IMG/VR virus record: IMGVR_UViG_3300009181_000079
Location: 1-62,046 of that record
Strand: one strand, 5' to 3'
DNA length: 62,046 nt
Origin: a virus
Lineage: Duplodnaviria; Caudoviricetes
Part shown: positions 28,106 to 37,752 of the stretch, piece after piece
How positions within the stretch are numbered: the first letter of the stretch is position 1
Layout: each line of letters starts with the position of its first letter
The notes under the pieces: model-generated
The model's database searches: none
What the model saw: only the letters and a program-made list of their open reading frames with translations
Told to the model about the DNA's origin: nothing
Translations under genes and position numbers: made by a program

Positions 28106-28723
28106 CTAACTTCCTGCGGCCTGTTTGGCTGCCTCTTCGAGCGCTTTGAGTTCGCGCTCGTCATTCTCATCGGAGCAGCCCCAGCAGACGTGCATGTTGA
28201 TGGCACGCTGGTTGGTCTTGCACTGAGGGCACAGGTGCTTGATGCGATCCGCCTCTACGGTGGCACGCACTCCGTCCCAGTGTGTCTGCCATTCATCCTT
28301 GCACGAAGGGCAGTATTTTCCGGGGCGACCATCCACCACCGATGATCCGATGTCGCCGCAGTAGTCGCACACGCAATAGCGAGGCAGGCGCGTGTTTTTA
28401 GTGAGCTGCCAATAGACTTCTCTGATGAGGTCCGGCCTGTCTCCGAACTGTCCTTTTTCAGACAGCCCGAATCCCATCTCATCGACCAGTAGCTCGACGA
28501 TCAGCGCGGCGACCGCTTCCGTTGAAGTGCCGCCGTCGATGAAGACGTAGGCCCGACGAACCGGATTACAGGTAAATCCGGACCTCCCGGATTTCAGCGG
28601 ACTGACGAACCTGTATCGCAGCAGGGTCGTGATTTTGAACCGATCGCCATTCTCATCCGAGAACGGCTTGATGAAGACCATGACTTTTGAGCCACAGAGG
28701 TTGAACTTGATGTGTGTTTTCAT
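28106..28723 (-). CDS. hypothetical protein with multiple CxxC pairs
   Basis: CDYC, CPSC, CPQC, CWGC; A/C-rich leader. Confidence 0.65.
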   Translation of the reverse strand: MKTHIKFNLCGSKVMVFIKPFSDENGDRFKITTLLRYRFVSPLKSGRSGFTCNPVRRAYVFIDGGTSTEAVAALIVELLVDEMGFGLSEKGQFGDRPDLIREVYWQLTKNTRLPRYCVCDYCGDIGSSVVDGRPGKYCPSCKDEWQTHWDGVRATVEADRIKHLCPQCKTNQRAINMHVCWGCSDENDERELKALEEAAKQAAGS

Positions 28724-28851
28724 GTTGTGTTGTTTTTCTTTGGCAGGGGAGCGATTCTCCTGCCGGGTTTGTTGTGTTGCGCTCCATCCTGCCTTCGCAG
28801 GGGATCAGTATGCGTGTGCATAAAGACCCCCTGCGGGCAGACTGGAACTAA

Positions 28852-29025
28852 CTACTCTTCGTCTTCGCCGAGGACGCAGACGAGGCATGTCGGCTCAACC
28901 GACTCTGGCTCATCGTCCACGAGGCAGACACCCATTCCCTCCGAGTCGATCGGAGTGAAGGTTTCAGCTTCGCGTTCCTCGCAGCAGGAGCACAGGACTC
29001 CTGAGAACGGGTTCATGCCGCTCAT
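28852..29025 (-). CDS. small Zn-binding hypothetical protein
   Basis: CSCC...CLVC; GAGGAGG RBS. Confidence 0.5.
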   Translation of the reverse strand: MSGMNPFSGVLCSCCEEREAETFTPIDSEGMGVCLVDDEPESVEPTCLVCVLGEDEE

Positions 29026-29279
29026 GACTGCACCTCCTCGATGATCCACCCGGCCTCACGAAGTCGGTCACGCCCTGCGCGCGTCCGCTTCTCCATCTTC
29101 AGGTGGTGGTCGGCGGCATCGTATGCTGCGATGCACTGGGCCTCGGTGAAATGCTCCCGACCACGGGGGCGGTAGCCGAACACTGACTTGTGGAAGTCGC
29201 TGAAGTGCATCAGCTTCTCATAGCGGAGGTCTTCCGCTTCTCCGATGGCAGTGATTTCCGCCTGACTGAGCGCGCTCAC
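29022..29279 (-). CDS. hypothetical protein
   Basis: SDFHKSVFGYRPR, a common phage pattern. Confidence 0.7.
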   Translation of the reverse strand: MSALSQAEITAIGEAEDLRYEKLMHFSDFHKSVFGYRPRGREHFTEAQCIAAYDAADHHLKMEKRTRAGRDRLREAGWIIEEVQS

Positions 29280-29527
29280 AGCCGCACCTCCCGCCCCACA
29301 GGAGAGCCAGCCTCACAGAACTCCGCGAACTCCGCGAGGATCTGCTGCTGCCCCTGATGCCGCTCGAAGCGACGGTCGATGCGCTTCTGGATTGCCAGCT
29401 TCCGCTGGACACAGGGACCGAGCTTGTTAGGGATTCCCAGCACGGGATTGATCCCGCGGTTCTTGATGAGTATATCGAGGTCAGGCTCGATGCACTTGTG
29501 ATGCTGTTGTTTCTTGTTCATGTTCAT
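29276..29527 (-). CDS. hypothetical protein
   Basis: ORF with A/C-rich leader. Confidence 0.45.
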   Translation of the reverse strand: MNMNKKQQHHKCIEPDLDILIKNRGINPVLGIPNKLGPCVQRKLAIQKRIDRRFERHQGQQQILAEFAEFCEAGSPVGREVRL

Positions 29528-29676
29528 GGTTTCTTCTTTGCCCGCTTTGATCGGTTGAGCATCCGGTTTGTTTTGGCACAGGGGTCGTGCCGTTTTGTTG
29601 CCCCTCACTTGGTTAATTCCAAGCAGACCAGCGGGACAGACAGGGATTGGACCTGCTGCCCGCGGCGTCTGCGCGG

Positions 29677-30411
29677 TTAGGCTATGACCATCTCGCTTCC
29701 AGGCGGCAATCCGCCGGCCGCTTTGAACGTATCCAGAAGGCGGCGAAGATCCGCCGCGTTCGTCTCATTCGCAGCCATCACCAGCATGTGTTGCCCTTTG
29801 TCGTCGAGGGTCCCCTTCTCAGCTCCGGAGGCCCTTTTACTCGCGTCAATGAACCTGTTCGCGTAGAACAGGTCTTGCAGGATCATCGCGACTGTCCTGG
29901 CGTCTTGTTCGCTGATTTGCACGGCCGCCGCCTGCGCTTTGTGTTTCCATTTTACGGCCCCGACGAGCAGCAGGATACTGCACGCTCTCTGATAGACCTC
30001 GCTTCCGCGGGACCGACGCAGGAAATCCGCAACACTCCCCGGCGAGATGTATTCGTAGCCTTCATTGCCGTATCTCATGCACACCGACTGACCGGAGCGC
30101 GGCTGATCGAACACGTAGAGGTCGAACTTCTCCATTGTTCCCTCATTGGTCGGATGCTCGAATGAGCACACGTATTCCTGCGGATCATGCTGGCATCCAT
30201 CGTGCCAAAATGGGCCGTCACATATCCCGTGCTCAAGCCCGTATTCATCCTCGTATTCCGGGATGTGGACGAAGACGTTGCCGCCCTCGTCTGTCTTCTG
30301 CGCCGCGTCTGCCGCCGCCTGCGCCTCCGCAGGGGTGGCGTATTCTCCATACACCACCCATCCTGGGGTGCGTATGACTTGGTAGTTGGTTTGGTTTGTG
30401 GCGTTAGCCAT
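29677..30411 (-). CDS. hypothetical protein (first gene of the early block)
   Basis: 244 aa ORF; DLYVF...RYGNEGYEYIS. Confidence 0.7.
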   Translation of the reverse strand: MANATNQTNYQVIRTPGWVVYGEYATPAEAQAAADAAQKTDEGGNVFVHIPEYEDEYGLEHGICDGPFWHDGCQHDPQEYVCSFEHPTNEGTMEKFDLYVFDQPRSGQSVCMRYGNEGYEYISPGSVADFLRRSRGSEVYQRACSILLLVGAVKWKHKAQAAAVQISEQDARTVAMILQDLFYANRFIDASKRASGAEKGTLDDKGQHMLVMAANETNAADLRRLLDTFKAAGGLPPGSEMVIA

Positions 30412-30497
30412 TTTGTGTTGCTCCGTTATCGGGAGACTTATGTTTGCCAGCGCAGCTTGCTGGCGGTTTGTGTTTTGCTGCCATTCTTCGTATGAAG

Positions 30498-30544
30498 AAC
30501 GACTTGAGCCCGGAAGGATTGCTCCCTCCGGGCTCGGTGTCGTT
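30498..30544 (-). terminator. strong hairpin closing the putative ncRNA (terminator or processing stem)
   Basis: minus strand AACGAC-AC-C-GAGCCCGGAGGGA-GCAA-TCCTTCCGGGCTC-AA-GTCGTT. Confidence 0.55.
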
Positions 30545-31200
30545 TCTCAGTAGATTACTACTTGAGGCCACCCTTGCGTAATGGCCGACCCACCGGACAG
30601 CGGGATAGTGGCTGGATGATGCAGAGTCTCTACATCCCCGATGACGAGCCCCAAGCCCGTCATCTCCGGATTACTGGTGGTTCGCAGTCCGCCCATCGCT
30701 GGCGCGGTCCCTGCGCGATCTGCCGCTGGACGAACCAGGACGCAGTGAGCCACCTTTTTGAGGTGCGCTCGCGAGAATACAATACTCCCGCCGCTTCGAT
30801 CTCATCACCGCCGGGCTAATCTTCCATGTCGCTACCTTTGGCATATCAAGGCAACAGTTCGGGTTTCGCCATCCATGCAAGCATGGACCACCTTCCCCAG
30901 CCGAAGCTGAAGTGGTGCCGGTCGGATACTCGTGCGCCATGTTTCCATAGCACTTACAGGCCGCGATTCGAGACAAGGGATTATACTCCCTGTTCGGCCT
31001 TTAGAATTTCAATGAACAATGCTTGCCCGACGACTATCCGCGTCGGAAGAGGTCATCCCGTGAGGTTTGATTGCTCGCAAGCAGTAGGCAGCCCGGTTGT
31101 GGTTCCGGGCATTGCCAGTCCGCCAACATTTCTGTTGAGCGGGCAGGATCCGTTAAGAACACGCCTACACCCTGTTCTCGTGCCCGCTACCCATGTAACG
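30498..31200 (-). ncRNA. putative large structured non-coding RNA (about 700 nt)
   Basis: more than ten hairpins; on the minus strand they carry GAAA, GCAA, cUUCGg and gCUUGc tetraloops and G-U wobbles; no credible ORF; AT-rich promoter-like stretch upstream. Confidence 0.65.
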
Positions 31201-31266
31201 TAAATATGTATAAATATAAATTTTTGGAGGAAAAATTTCGGGAACATTGACACCCCGACCTCTGGC
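31201..31266. promoter_or_regulatory. divergent early/late control region
   Basis: very AT-rich tract (TAAATATGTATAAATATAAATTTTT) between divergent blocks; TTGACA at 31247. Confidence 0.55.
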
Positions 31267-31527
31267 ATGGCCTACGCCGACCATCTCCTATCCTACCGAT
31301 CCGAATCATCTGAAGACCTCATAGCAGAGAAGGCCGCACTCAAGGCACAGCGCACGATCTACTCAGCACAGGGGATGGGCACAAAATCCATGCAACGGGA
31401 TCTGCGTCTTCTGGAGGAGAGGTTGCAGGCTATCAACTTTGTCTTGAGGGAGAGAAACCCTCCTGTCATCGTGCCGCCTGTGACTAACTTTGGCGTAGGA
31501 ATCTCTGACTTCAGCACCGTCCGATGA
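31267..31527 (+). CDS. head-to-tail joining protein (gpW-like position)
   Basis: small helical/beta-hairpin protein immediately before a lambda-family portal. Confidence 0.55.
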   Translation: MAYADHLLSYRSESSEDLIAEKAALKAQRTIYSAQGMGTKSMQRDLRLLEERLQAINFVLRERNPPVIVPPVTNFGVGISDFSTVR

Positions 31528-33362
31528 GCGACAATTTGATCAAGCTCTATGATGGTCGGGGGAATGTCGTCACTGAATTTCACCCCAAGTTCAACGATGT
31601 CCGCAGGGAGATCCAATTCGGCGCGCAGTATAACCCCGCCCCTGAGAGAAGGGGCTCAAGTGGCGGAATCTATGGCAACGCGGCTCCCGAGACATGGGCT
31701 CGCAATCGGGATAGGCTTCAGTCCATGTGGGACGCGAGAGATCAATGTCAATTTAGTTGGGTTGGCGGTATGCTCGGTCGCGTCTGCCGCTACGTGGTAG
31801 GCAGGCTTCACTGCAAGTCTGAGACTCAAGACCCGCAAATTGACGCAGCCTACGACGACTACTTCCACTCCTGGTGTGGAGACGAACGGAACGAGGACGG
31901 CACAACCAACTGCGACATCACGGGCAGGGCAAGGTTCCTCAAGATGGTTCAACAGGCTTTCCTTGCTCACCTTATTGACGGCGACCATGGCTTTATCGAG
32001 GTAGCTCCAGAGTTCTCACCAACCGGAAGATACTGCCTTCAAGCAATCGAGGCGGACTGCATCGGATCCCCGAATGAACAGACTACTTTTGAGGACTATA
32101 TCGGAGGCGTGAAGATTGATGTCAATACGGGCCGGGTTCTCTACTATCGAATCTTCAAGCGCACACGCACACAGCAATATGTGAAGCTCGCAGAGGTGGA
32201 GCCAGCGAACTTCATTCATCTCAATGACTTTGACCGCTCGGGGGAATACCGGGGCCGCACCAAGCTCCTGCGCGCCCTGAACGATCTCCGAGACATCCGT
32301 GAAGCACTCACAGCCGAGATGGTCAGCGCCAAGACTCAGGCCCAGTGGTCAGCACTCATCGGAGTCAAGGACCCGTTCTCCAACCAAGGCCCGGCGGCCT
32401 GGTCGGGAAAGACCGCAGACGGCACCCCAACTCAAGACGCACAGTGGGGCAAGATTCTAAAGATGGCAGAGGGCGAGCAGTTCCAGATGCTCACCCCTTC
32501 CGCCCGTCCTTCAGGTGCTTTCATGAACCTGATTGACACCCTGATTCGCAAGCTGGCCATCAGCCTGGAACTCAGCTACGGTATGGTGTGGAACCTCGCC
32601 ACCCTCGGCGGAGCCAGCCAGCGCATCGAGACAGAAGCCGACAATCTCAAGATTCAGACCTGGCAGGATCTCCTGAAGGACTACATCCTCACACGGGTCC
32701 GGAACAAAGTCATCGCGGAAGGCATCGCCACTCAGATGCTACCACCTCATCCAGCATGGAAGAGGCACTCTTGGAGATTTGGTAAGCAGATCACCGCAGA
32801 CTTGGGCTACGAGATGGAAAGCGACCTGAAGGCCGTAGGCGCCGGCATTGCCGAGATCGAGCATGTGGTGGCCAAGCACACCGGAAAGAGCTTCAGCGAG
32901 GTCTGTGCGAGCAACACGGCGGCAGCCAATACAGCTATCAACAACGCATCGCAGGCCGGCATCCCCGTCGAAGTCACAGCCCGCGGAATGTTCCCGGACA
33001 TCACAGCCCAGCGCGCGAACTTCCTGCAAAGCCAGGCGCCACCTCCACCACCCGCAAGCCCCGTCAGCATCGGCGTCCTCGGGGACAAGGGCATCAAGCC
33101 TCTCATCGACATCATGGAGAAAGTCGGAGACGGAACGATCGACAGGGAATCCGCCATCAACGCCATCATCGAAATCTACAGCCAGCCAGGCAACGAGCTC
33201 TCCCGCCAGGACGCGGAGAAGCTCATACCAGAGGAGCCGGAAGAGGAAGACCTCAATCGGTCGGCGGGGCTCACACCTGAAGGCAAGCACGCGCCAGTGG
33301 TCGCAGGTCCGAAGCCCAGCAGCAACGGCAGTAAGCCCAAGACGAACGGAGCACGCAAATGA
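31524..33362 (+). CDS. portal protein, lambda family
   Basis: CDITGR..F, IDGDHG, LQAIEADCI, GGVKID..GR...Y.I, IHL.DFDR.GEYRG. Confidence 0.9.
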   Translation: MSDNLIKLYDGRGNVVTEFHPKFNDVRREIQFGAQYNPAPERRGSSGGIYGNAAPETWARNRDRLQSMWDARDQCQFSWVGGMLGRVCRYVVGRLHCKSETQDPQIDAAYDDYFHSWCGDERNEDGTTNCDITGRARFLKMVQQAFLAHLIDGDHGFIEVAPEFSPTGRYCLQAIEADCIGSPNEQTTFEDYIGGVKIDVNTGRVLYYRIFKRTRTQQYVKLAEVEPANFIHLNDFDRSGEYRGRTKLLRALNDLRDIREALTAEMVSAKTQAQWSALIGVKDPFSNQGPAAWSGKTADGTPTQDAQWGKILKMAEGEQFQMLTPSARPSGAFMNLIDTLIRKLAISLELSYGMVWNLATLGGASQRIETEADNLKIQTWQDLLKDYILTRVRNKVIAEGIATQMLPPHPAWKRHSWRFGKQITADLGYEMESDLKAVGAGIAEIEHVVAKHTGKSFSEVCASNTAAANTAINNASQAGIPVEVTARGMFPDITAQRANFLQSQAPPPPPASPVSIGVLGDKGIKPLIDIMEKVGDGTIDRESAINAIIEIYSQPGNELSRQDAEKLIPEEPEEEDLNRSAGLTPEGKHAPVVAGPKPSSNGSKPKTNGARK

Positions 33363-36300
33363 AGAACCCGCTTTTCAAGTCAGGCATCAAATCCGGAACC
33401 CACCACCTCGGAGGAGTGGGTGAGATAAAGCGCATCCGCCTGCGCGACATCCACAGCCCACAGCAAACCGTGGACGAGAAGAAGGTGAGGAAGCTTGCCC
33501 GCTTCACGAAGAACATGCCAGGCACGCCCACGGTGAGCCACGCAGGCCGCGGGAAGTATGTCCTCAAGGACGGCAACCACCGGGTCAACGCAGCGCTCAG
33601 GCAGGGCAAGCGGGTGATCGATGTCCGGGTTCAGAAGTTCTCCTCCCGCTCTCCTCTCATCCAGTTCATGCACTGCACAGCCGAAGCCGTCCCACGAGCT
33701 GACATCCCGCGCAAGATTGTGAAAAGAAAGATCACCAAAAAGCCAATCCAGTTCGCTGCATTTGATATGTATAGAACCTGGATGGACCCGATCGACAAGA
33801 GTAGCCCGGGCCGAAAGAACCGCAGGGCGCTTCAGGATGCCGCCGGCAGGTCCGTTGATCTACCGGCCAGCAAGCCGCCCCGAGTTTCATCCGGAGGGAT
33901 TGGGCGTTCACTGTCCCAGGAGCGCATCGAACAAAAGATACAACAACGCGCGGCTAGAGAAGTCGCGGACCAGATGGAAGGCATTCGCGATCACCCGGGC
34001 GTCGGGGCGCCCTCTACTGAGGGCGAGCTTGCTCGGCACAAGAAGGCCATGCAGGGTCCGGAGCTTTATCATCCTGAGAACGAGGCGAAGGGCTCAGTGA
34101 TCCACACGCGGAATAAGCCAGCTCCAGTGGACGCATGGAAGCACCGAGACCCGAAGGCGTGGTTGGTGGCTAACAAGGCTCAAGGGAGACACGCCGATCT
34201 CGATCCGGAGAACATGACCGCCATGCAGAAGGCGTCCATGAGAAAGGAGGCACAAGCCTTCCGCGATACTGAAGCGAAGACGCTCCGATCTCTCCGTGGT
34301 CGGATACAGGAGATGCGCAAGGCCGTAAGCCCTGGATTCAAGCCATCAGAAAATTTCAAGCCGAGCTCTGGGTCTAACAATATCGTCGGCGGGATGAAGC
34401 CAGAGAAGTGGGAGCCAAAAGGAACACTGAGGATCGGCCCTGGACTCAGCACTCCTGAGATGGTCCATGGCGCGATCTCTCATGTGGATCAAAAAGCAGG
34501 AGAACGCATATCCACGGTGAAGAGCAGACTCGCCCGCATGGTCGGAACCTTAAGGAACAGGGTGTCTGAGACAACCGGTATTCCGGAAGGACCGGCACGC
34601 CATGCTCAGGTGAAGGGATACCTCGAAGGAATGATTCCATCGGAAGGCCCTACAGCAATGGACCTCACGAAGAAGATTGATCCAACTCGATCCGAGCGAA
34701 TCCAGAAAGCGATGAATTGGAAACCGGAGCGGGTCGAGAAGTCACGCCGCGCAATCGCGAAGCTGGAGCACCAGGCAAACAGCGCTGAATATCTCTCACA
34801 GGTCCGGCAGGGCGTCGTAAAGAAAATGGTAGCCGCCCCAAGAGTATCAACCCTTCCTGACGGTTACGTTCCAGGCGCCGCCCTCAAGAAGCTCGGGCGC
34901 ATCGCTGGCGCAACCGCCCTGGTCGGCGCAGGAGCCTACGGCATCCGGAAATATCTGAACCGCAATAAGGAGGAGCCAAAGCAGTTGAAGATGTCAGCGC
35001 GCGGACGGATCATTCAGTTCGTGGTCCCTCGTCAGGTTAAGCAAATAAGGAAGGCGATCCTGACCGCGCGCGAGCCAGCAAAGCGATGGAGGGCTTCTTC
35101 CTTTGCTGATCATGTGATGTCCGAATCTGAGAAAAGAGGAGGAACCGCACAGCGATTCTTCCCGAATCTTTACTCGAACATGCCACCCAAGACCTACAAT
35201 CTGCACGGGCGACCAGTGGACGCTCAGCGAATGGCCCGAGAGCAGAGCAGGGCCGGCCACGAGGAGAAGCTCGTCCAGCGACTTGTTGAGCAAGGGAAGA
35301 TCGTCCGCACTGACAAGCCGATTCCGAAAGAAGCATTCACCAACTACCCAGTCAATGCCATCGGAAAGCTGCCATCCGTGGAAGAGGTGATGTCCCAGGA
35401 TATTGTCGGCGATGTATCAAGCCGGGTTTCCAATCAATTCGCAAAGCACGCAGGGACCGCTCGTGCCGTAGTCTCAGAGGAGAGACGGATGCCGCTCGCA
35501 ATCATCCAGCACACTCCATCTCCATTGGCTGATAAGATCGCCGCAACTGAGCGGCGCGCAGTCGAAGCAGAGGGTCTCGTAGGCGGGCTCAGGGCGTCAG
35601 TAGCATCCTCAAAGAAAGCAGCGTCGGAGTCCGCCTCGCGCCACGCTGAGGAGATGAAGCGCCAGATCTTTCGCGGCGACCGCAACCTTTTGATCGGAGC
35701 CGGGGCCGCCGGGGCCGCCGGGATTGGCGGGGGATACCTACTTGGCCGCAAGAAGAAGGAAGTGCAGTTCAGCGAGAAGAAGCGCGAACTTACACCATGG
35801 CAGAAGGTCGGCATCTCGGCCGCAGCCAGCGGGGCGGTCCTCGGGGCTATTCCAGCATTCAGACATGGATCGACTTTCGGGGGAGTCGCCAGGTCCATCG
35901 CGACCGGGGCTGGTATTGGGTCTGTCGTCGGAGGCGGCGGGACATACATTGGCACTAAAATTCTAGGCGAACCGAGAAAGGACGATCCGATCGGCACAAC
36001 TAAGCGGGCCGCTGTAGGCGGGGCTATCGCCGGCCTTGGTCTCGGTGCCGCAGGGGCCATCGCTCTCCGTAGGGGGCATTTCAAGGGCGCTATGAATGAC
36101 TGGAGGCCCGTCACATTTATCAGGCGCACCGCAGCGCCAGTGGCCATTGCCACAGGAGCCGGAGCCGGAGCCCTTATTGCGGGTAGCCACGCAGCAGACG
36201 AGGGGCAGCAGGTTGATACGATGCGCAATCTCAAGAAGTCCATCCGCATGTCGTCCAAGCTCAAGCCAATCAGGTTCGCCATCGAAGCCCCGCTCTCGGG

Positions 36301-37741
36301 TAAGCTGGCCGCAGATCGTTATCGCAAGAAAATCGCCGATGATGATTTCGATCGCCGTGATGCAAATGTGCTTCGCTCCTCCGGGGCGGGGGCAGTCCTT
36401 GGCGGAATGTTGGGAGGCAGGCGCGGGGCTCTTGCCGGCGCCGGGCTTGGGGCAGCAAGCGTTCTTGGAATACGTCAGGCCACTAATAGCGGCAAGGATA
36501 TGTATGGCGAGCGTTCGCGCGGAGCCAAGCAAGCTGAGAGCCTTCCATGGAAGATTGCCGCCATCGGAGCGGCGGGACTTAGTGGGCGCAGTATTTACAA
36601 TAAGCTGAAATCACTTCGCGGCACCACCCTGAGCCGCAAGGGAGGGCTGATCGAATTTCGCGATTGGTCTGACAAGTGGGTTGGCGACAATGTGAACTAC
36701 ACGGCCCGAGGCGAAGACGTATCCCGATGGGGCGGAAGGGGCGGAAGGCTCGTCCGCGACATCGGGCGCAAGGCTCGCGGTGAGGAGCACAAGGATTCCC
36801 GCGGCAGGGTCCAGACCCCTGAGTGGCAAAAGCCATGGGCTAAGAAGGCCATGCTCATTGGCGGTGTCGGACTGGCGCTCGGAGCGGGCGTCCTTACACG
36901 CGGAAAGCTCAAGGGGCTCGCCCAGGAAGCCAAGGCATCGTATGGGGTCAATCAGGTCCCAAGGCCCGCTGCAAGATTTGCGCACAACGTCATGGAGGGC
37001 AACGTGTCTCATTCGATCAAGAACCGCATCGGGGCCTTTGTTCCAGGACCAGTGAAGCGCGGCTATCAAAAGGTGAAGGGATTCTTCGGCAACGTCGCTC
37101 GCGATGTAGAGCACAAGGCCGCCAGCAAGCTGGACAAGATCAACGAAGCCGTGGAGAACGAAAGCAATATGGTCGTCACCGCGAAGGGTAAAATCCACAA
37201 CGCGCGCAAGGTGAATGCAGCAGTTGCAGAGCAACAAGATGCTGTCGATAAAGCCAATGCCATAGCAAAGAGAGGGCAGGCCAATATCCAAGTGATGCGC
37301 TCCCCAGAGGAGCAGGCAGCAGAGGAAATTCTCAATACTATCCATGGGAAGCCACGCACATTTCTTTCTTCCAATGAAAAGCCGATCCGATTCGACGCTT
37401 GGGACATCAAGGAGAGGAGCCGCAATACCGCTATTGTCCGCACCCCGGACTACGACGAGACCCGCAAGAAACGCGAACACAAAAGGATGTCGAAATCCAC
37501 CGGATACCTTCTGCGTGATCTCGGCATTGCAGCGGCGGGCGGGATTGGATTATGGGCGGGGCACAGGCGCGGATTTGCGAAAGCCGCCAGCACCCGTCCT
37601 TTGATTTCTCCGACCGCTCGCGCCATCGAGGAGGCCCCTCCTCAGATGTGGATCCCGCAATCTGTCCAGCCAATCCGGTCCTATCAATCCATGGACCAAA
37701 TCATCCATCTCAATAACCAACTAGACAACCTGTTGACATAA
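33359..37741 (+). CDS. modular head-associated polyprotein 1 (ParB/Srx-like first module, Gly-zipper modules)
   Basis: KDGNHRV module; repeated S[AS]R/K...I[QER]F linkers; several Gly/Ala-rich hydrophobic segments flanked by K/R. Confidence 0.7.
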   Translation: MKNPLFKSGIKSGTHHLGGVGEIKRIRLRDIHSPQQTVDEKKVRKLARFTKNMPGTPTVSHAGRGKYVLKDGNHRVNAALRQGKRVIDVRVQKFSSRSPLIQFMHCTAEAVPRADIPRKIVKRKITKKPIQFAAFDMYRTWMDPIDKSSPGRKNRRALQDAAGRSVDLPASKPPRVSSGGIGRSLSQERIEQKIQQRAAREVADQMEGIRDHPGVGAPSTEGELARHKKAMQGPELYHPENEAKGSVIHTRNKPAPVDAWKHRDPKAWLVANKAQGRHADLDPENMTAMQKASMRKEAQAFRDTEAKTLRSLRGRIQEMRKAVSPGFKPSENFKPSSGSNNIVGGMKPEKWEPKGTLRIGPGLSTPEMVHGAISHVDQKAGERISTVKSRLARMVGTLRNRVSETTGIPEGPARHAQVKGYLEGMIPSEGPTAMDLTKKIDPTRSERIQKAMNWKPERVEKSRRAIAKLEHQANSAEYLSQVRQGVVKKMVAAPRVSTLPDGYVPGAALKKLGRIAGATALVGAGAYGIRKYLNRNKEEPKQLKMSARGRIIQFVVPRQVKQIRKAILTAREPAKRWRASSFADHVMSESEKRGGTAQRFFPNLYSNMPPKTYNLHGRPVDAQRMAREQSRAGHEEKLVQRLVEQGKIVRTDKPIPKEAFTNYPVNAIGKLPSVEEVMSQDIVGDVSSRVSNQFAKHAGTARAVVSEERRMPLAIIQHTPSPLADKIAATERRAVEAEGLVGGLRASVASSKKAASESASRHAEEMKRQIFRGDRNLLIGAGAAGAAGIGGGYLLGRKKKEVQFSEKKRELTPWQKVGISAAASGAVLGAIPAFRHGSTFGGVARSIATGAGIGSVVGGGGTYIGTKILGEPRKDDPIGTTKRAAVGGAIAGLGLGAAGAIALRRGHFKGAMNDWRPVTFIRRTAAPVAIATGAGAGALIAGSHAADEGQQVDTMRNLKKSIRMSSKLKPIRFAIEAPLSGKLAADRYRKKIADDDFDRRDANVLRSSGAGAVLGGMLGGRRGALAGAGLGAASVLGIRQATNSGKDMYGERSRGAKQAESLPWKIAAIGAAGLSGRSIYNKLKSLRGTTLSRKGGLIEFRDWSDKWVGDNVNYTARGEDVSRWGGRGGRLVRDIGRKARGEEHKDSRGRVQTPEWQKPWAKKAMLIGGVGLALGAGVLTRGKLKGLAQEAKASYGVNQVPRPAARFAHNVMEGNVSHSIKNRIGAFVPGPVKRGYQKVKGFFGNVARDVEHKAASKLDKINEAVENESNMVVTAKGKIHNARKVNAAVAEQQDAVDKANAIAKRGQANIQVMRSPEEQAAEEILNTIHGKPRTFLSSNEKPIRFDAWDIKERSRNTAIVRTPDYDETRKKREHKRMSKSTGYLLRDLGIAAAGGIGLWAGHRRGFAKAASTRPLISPTARAIEEAPPQMWIPQSVQPIRSYQSMDQIIHLNNQLDNLLT

Positions 37742-37752
37742 CCACAAACACC

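Noticed and set aside
30498-31200. tmRNA, RNase P RNA, tRNA cluster or self-splicing intron as the identity of the structured region
   Set aside because: No tRNA-like ends or T-loop/CCA, no GAGGAAAGUCC, no interrupted host gene and no clear group II domain V were seen. An Rfam scan is still needed.
30547-31268. Short ORFs in the early/late gap (30547-30753, 30562-30819, 30671-30976, 30826-31203, 31053-31268)
   Set aside because: They overlap on both strands, lack RBS or leaders and have non-protein-like composition; the RNA structure explains the region better.
33359-37741. Tape measure or Mu gpF-like minor head protein call for the 1460 aa ORF
   Set aside because: A proper tape measure gene is at 46845-49871, and no gpF-type HxNCRC motif is present.
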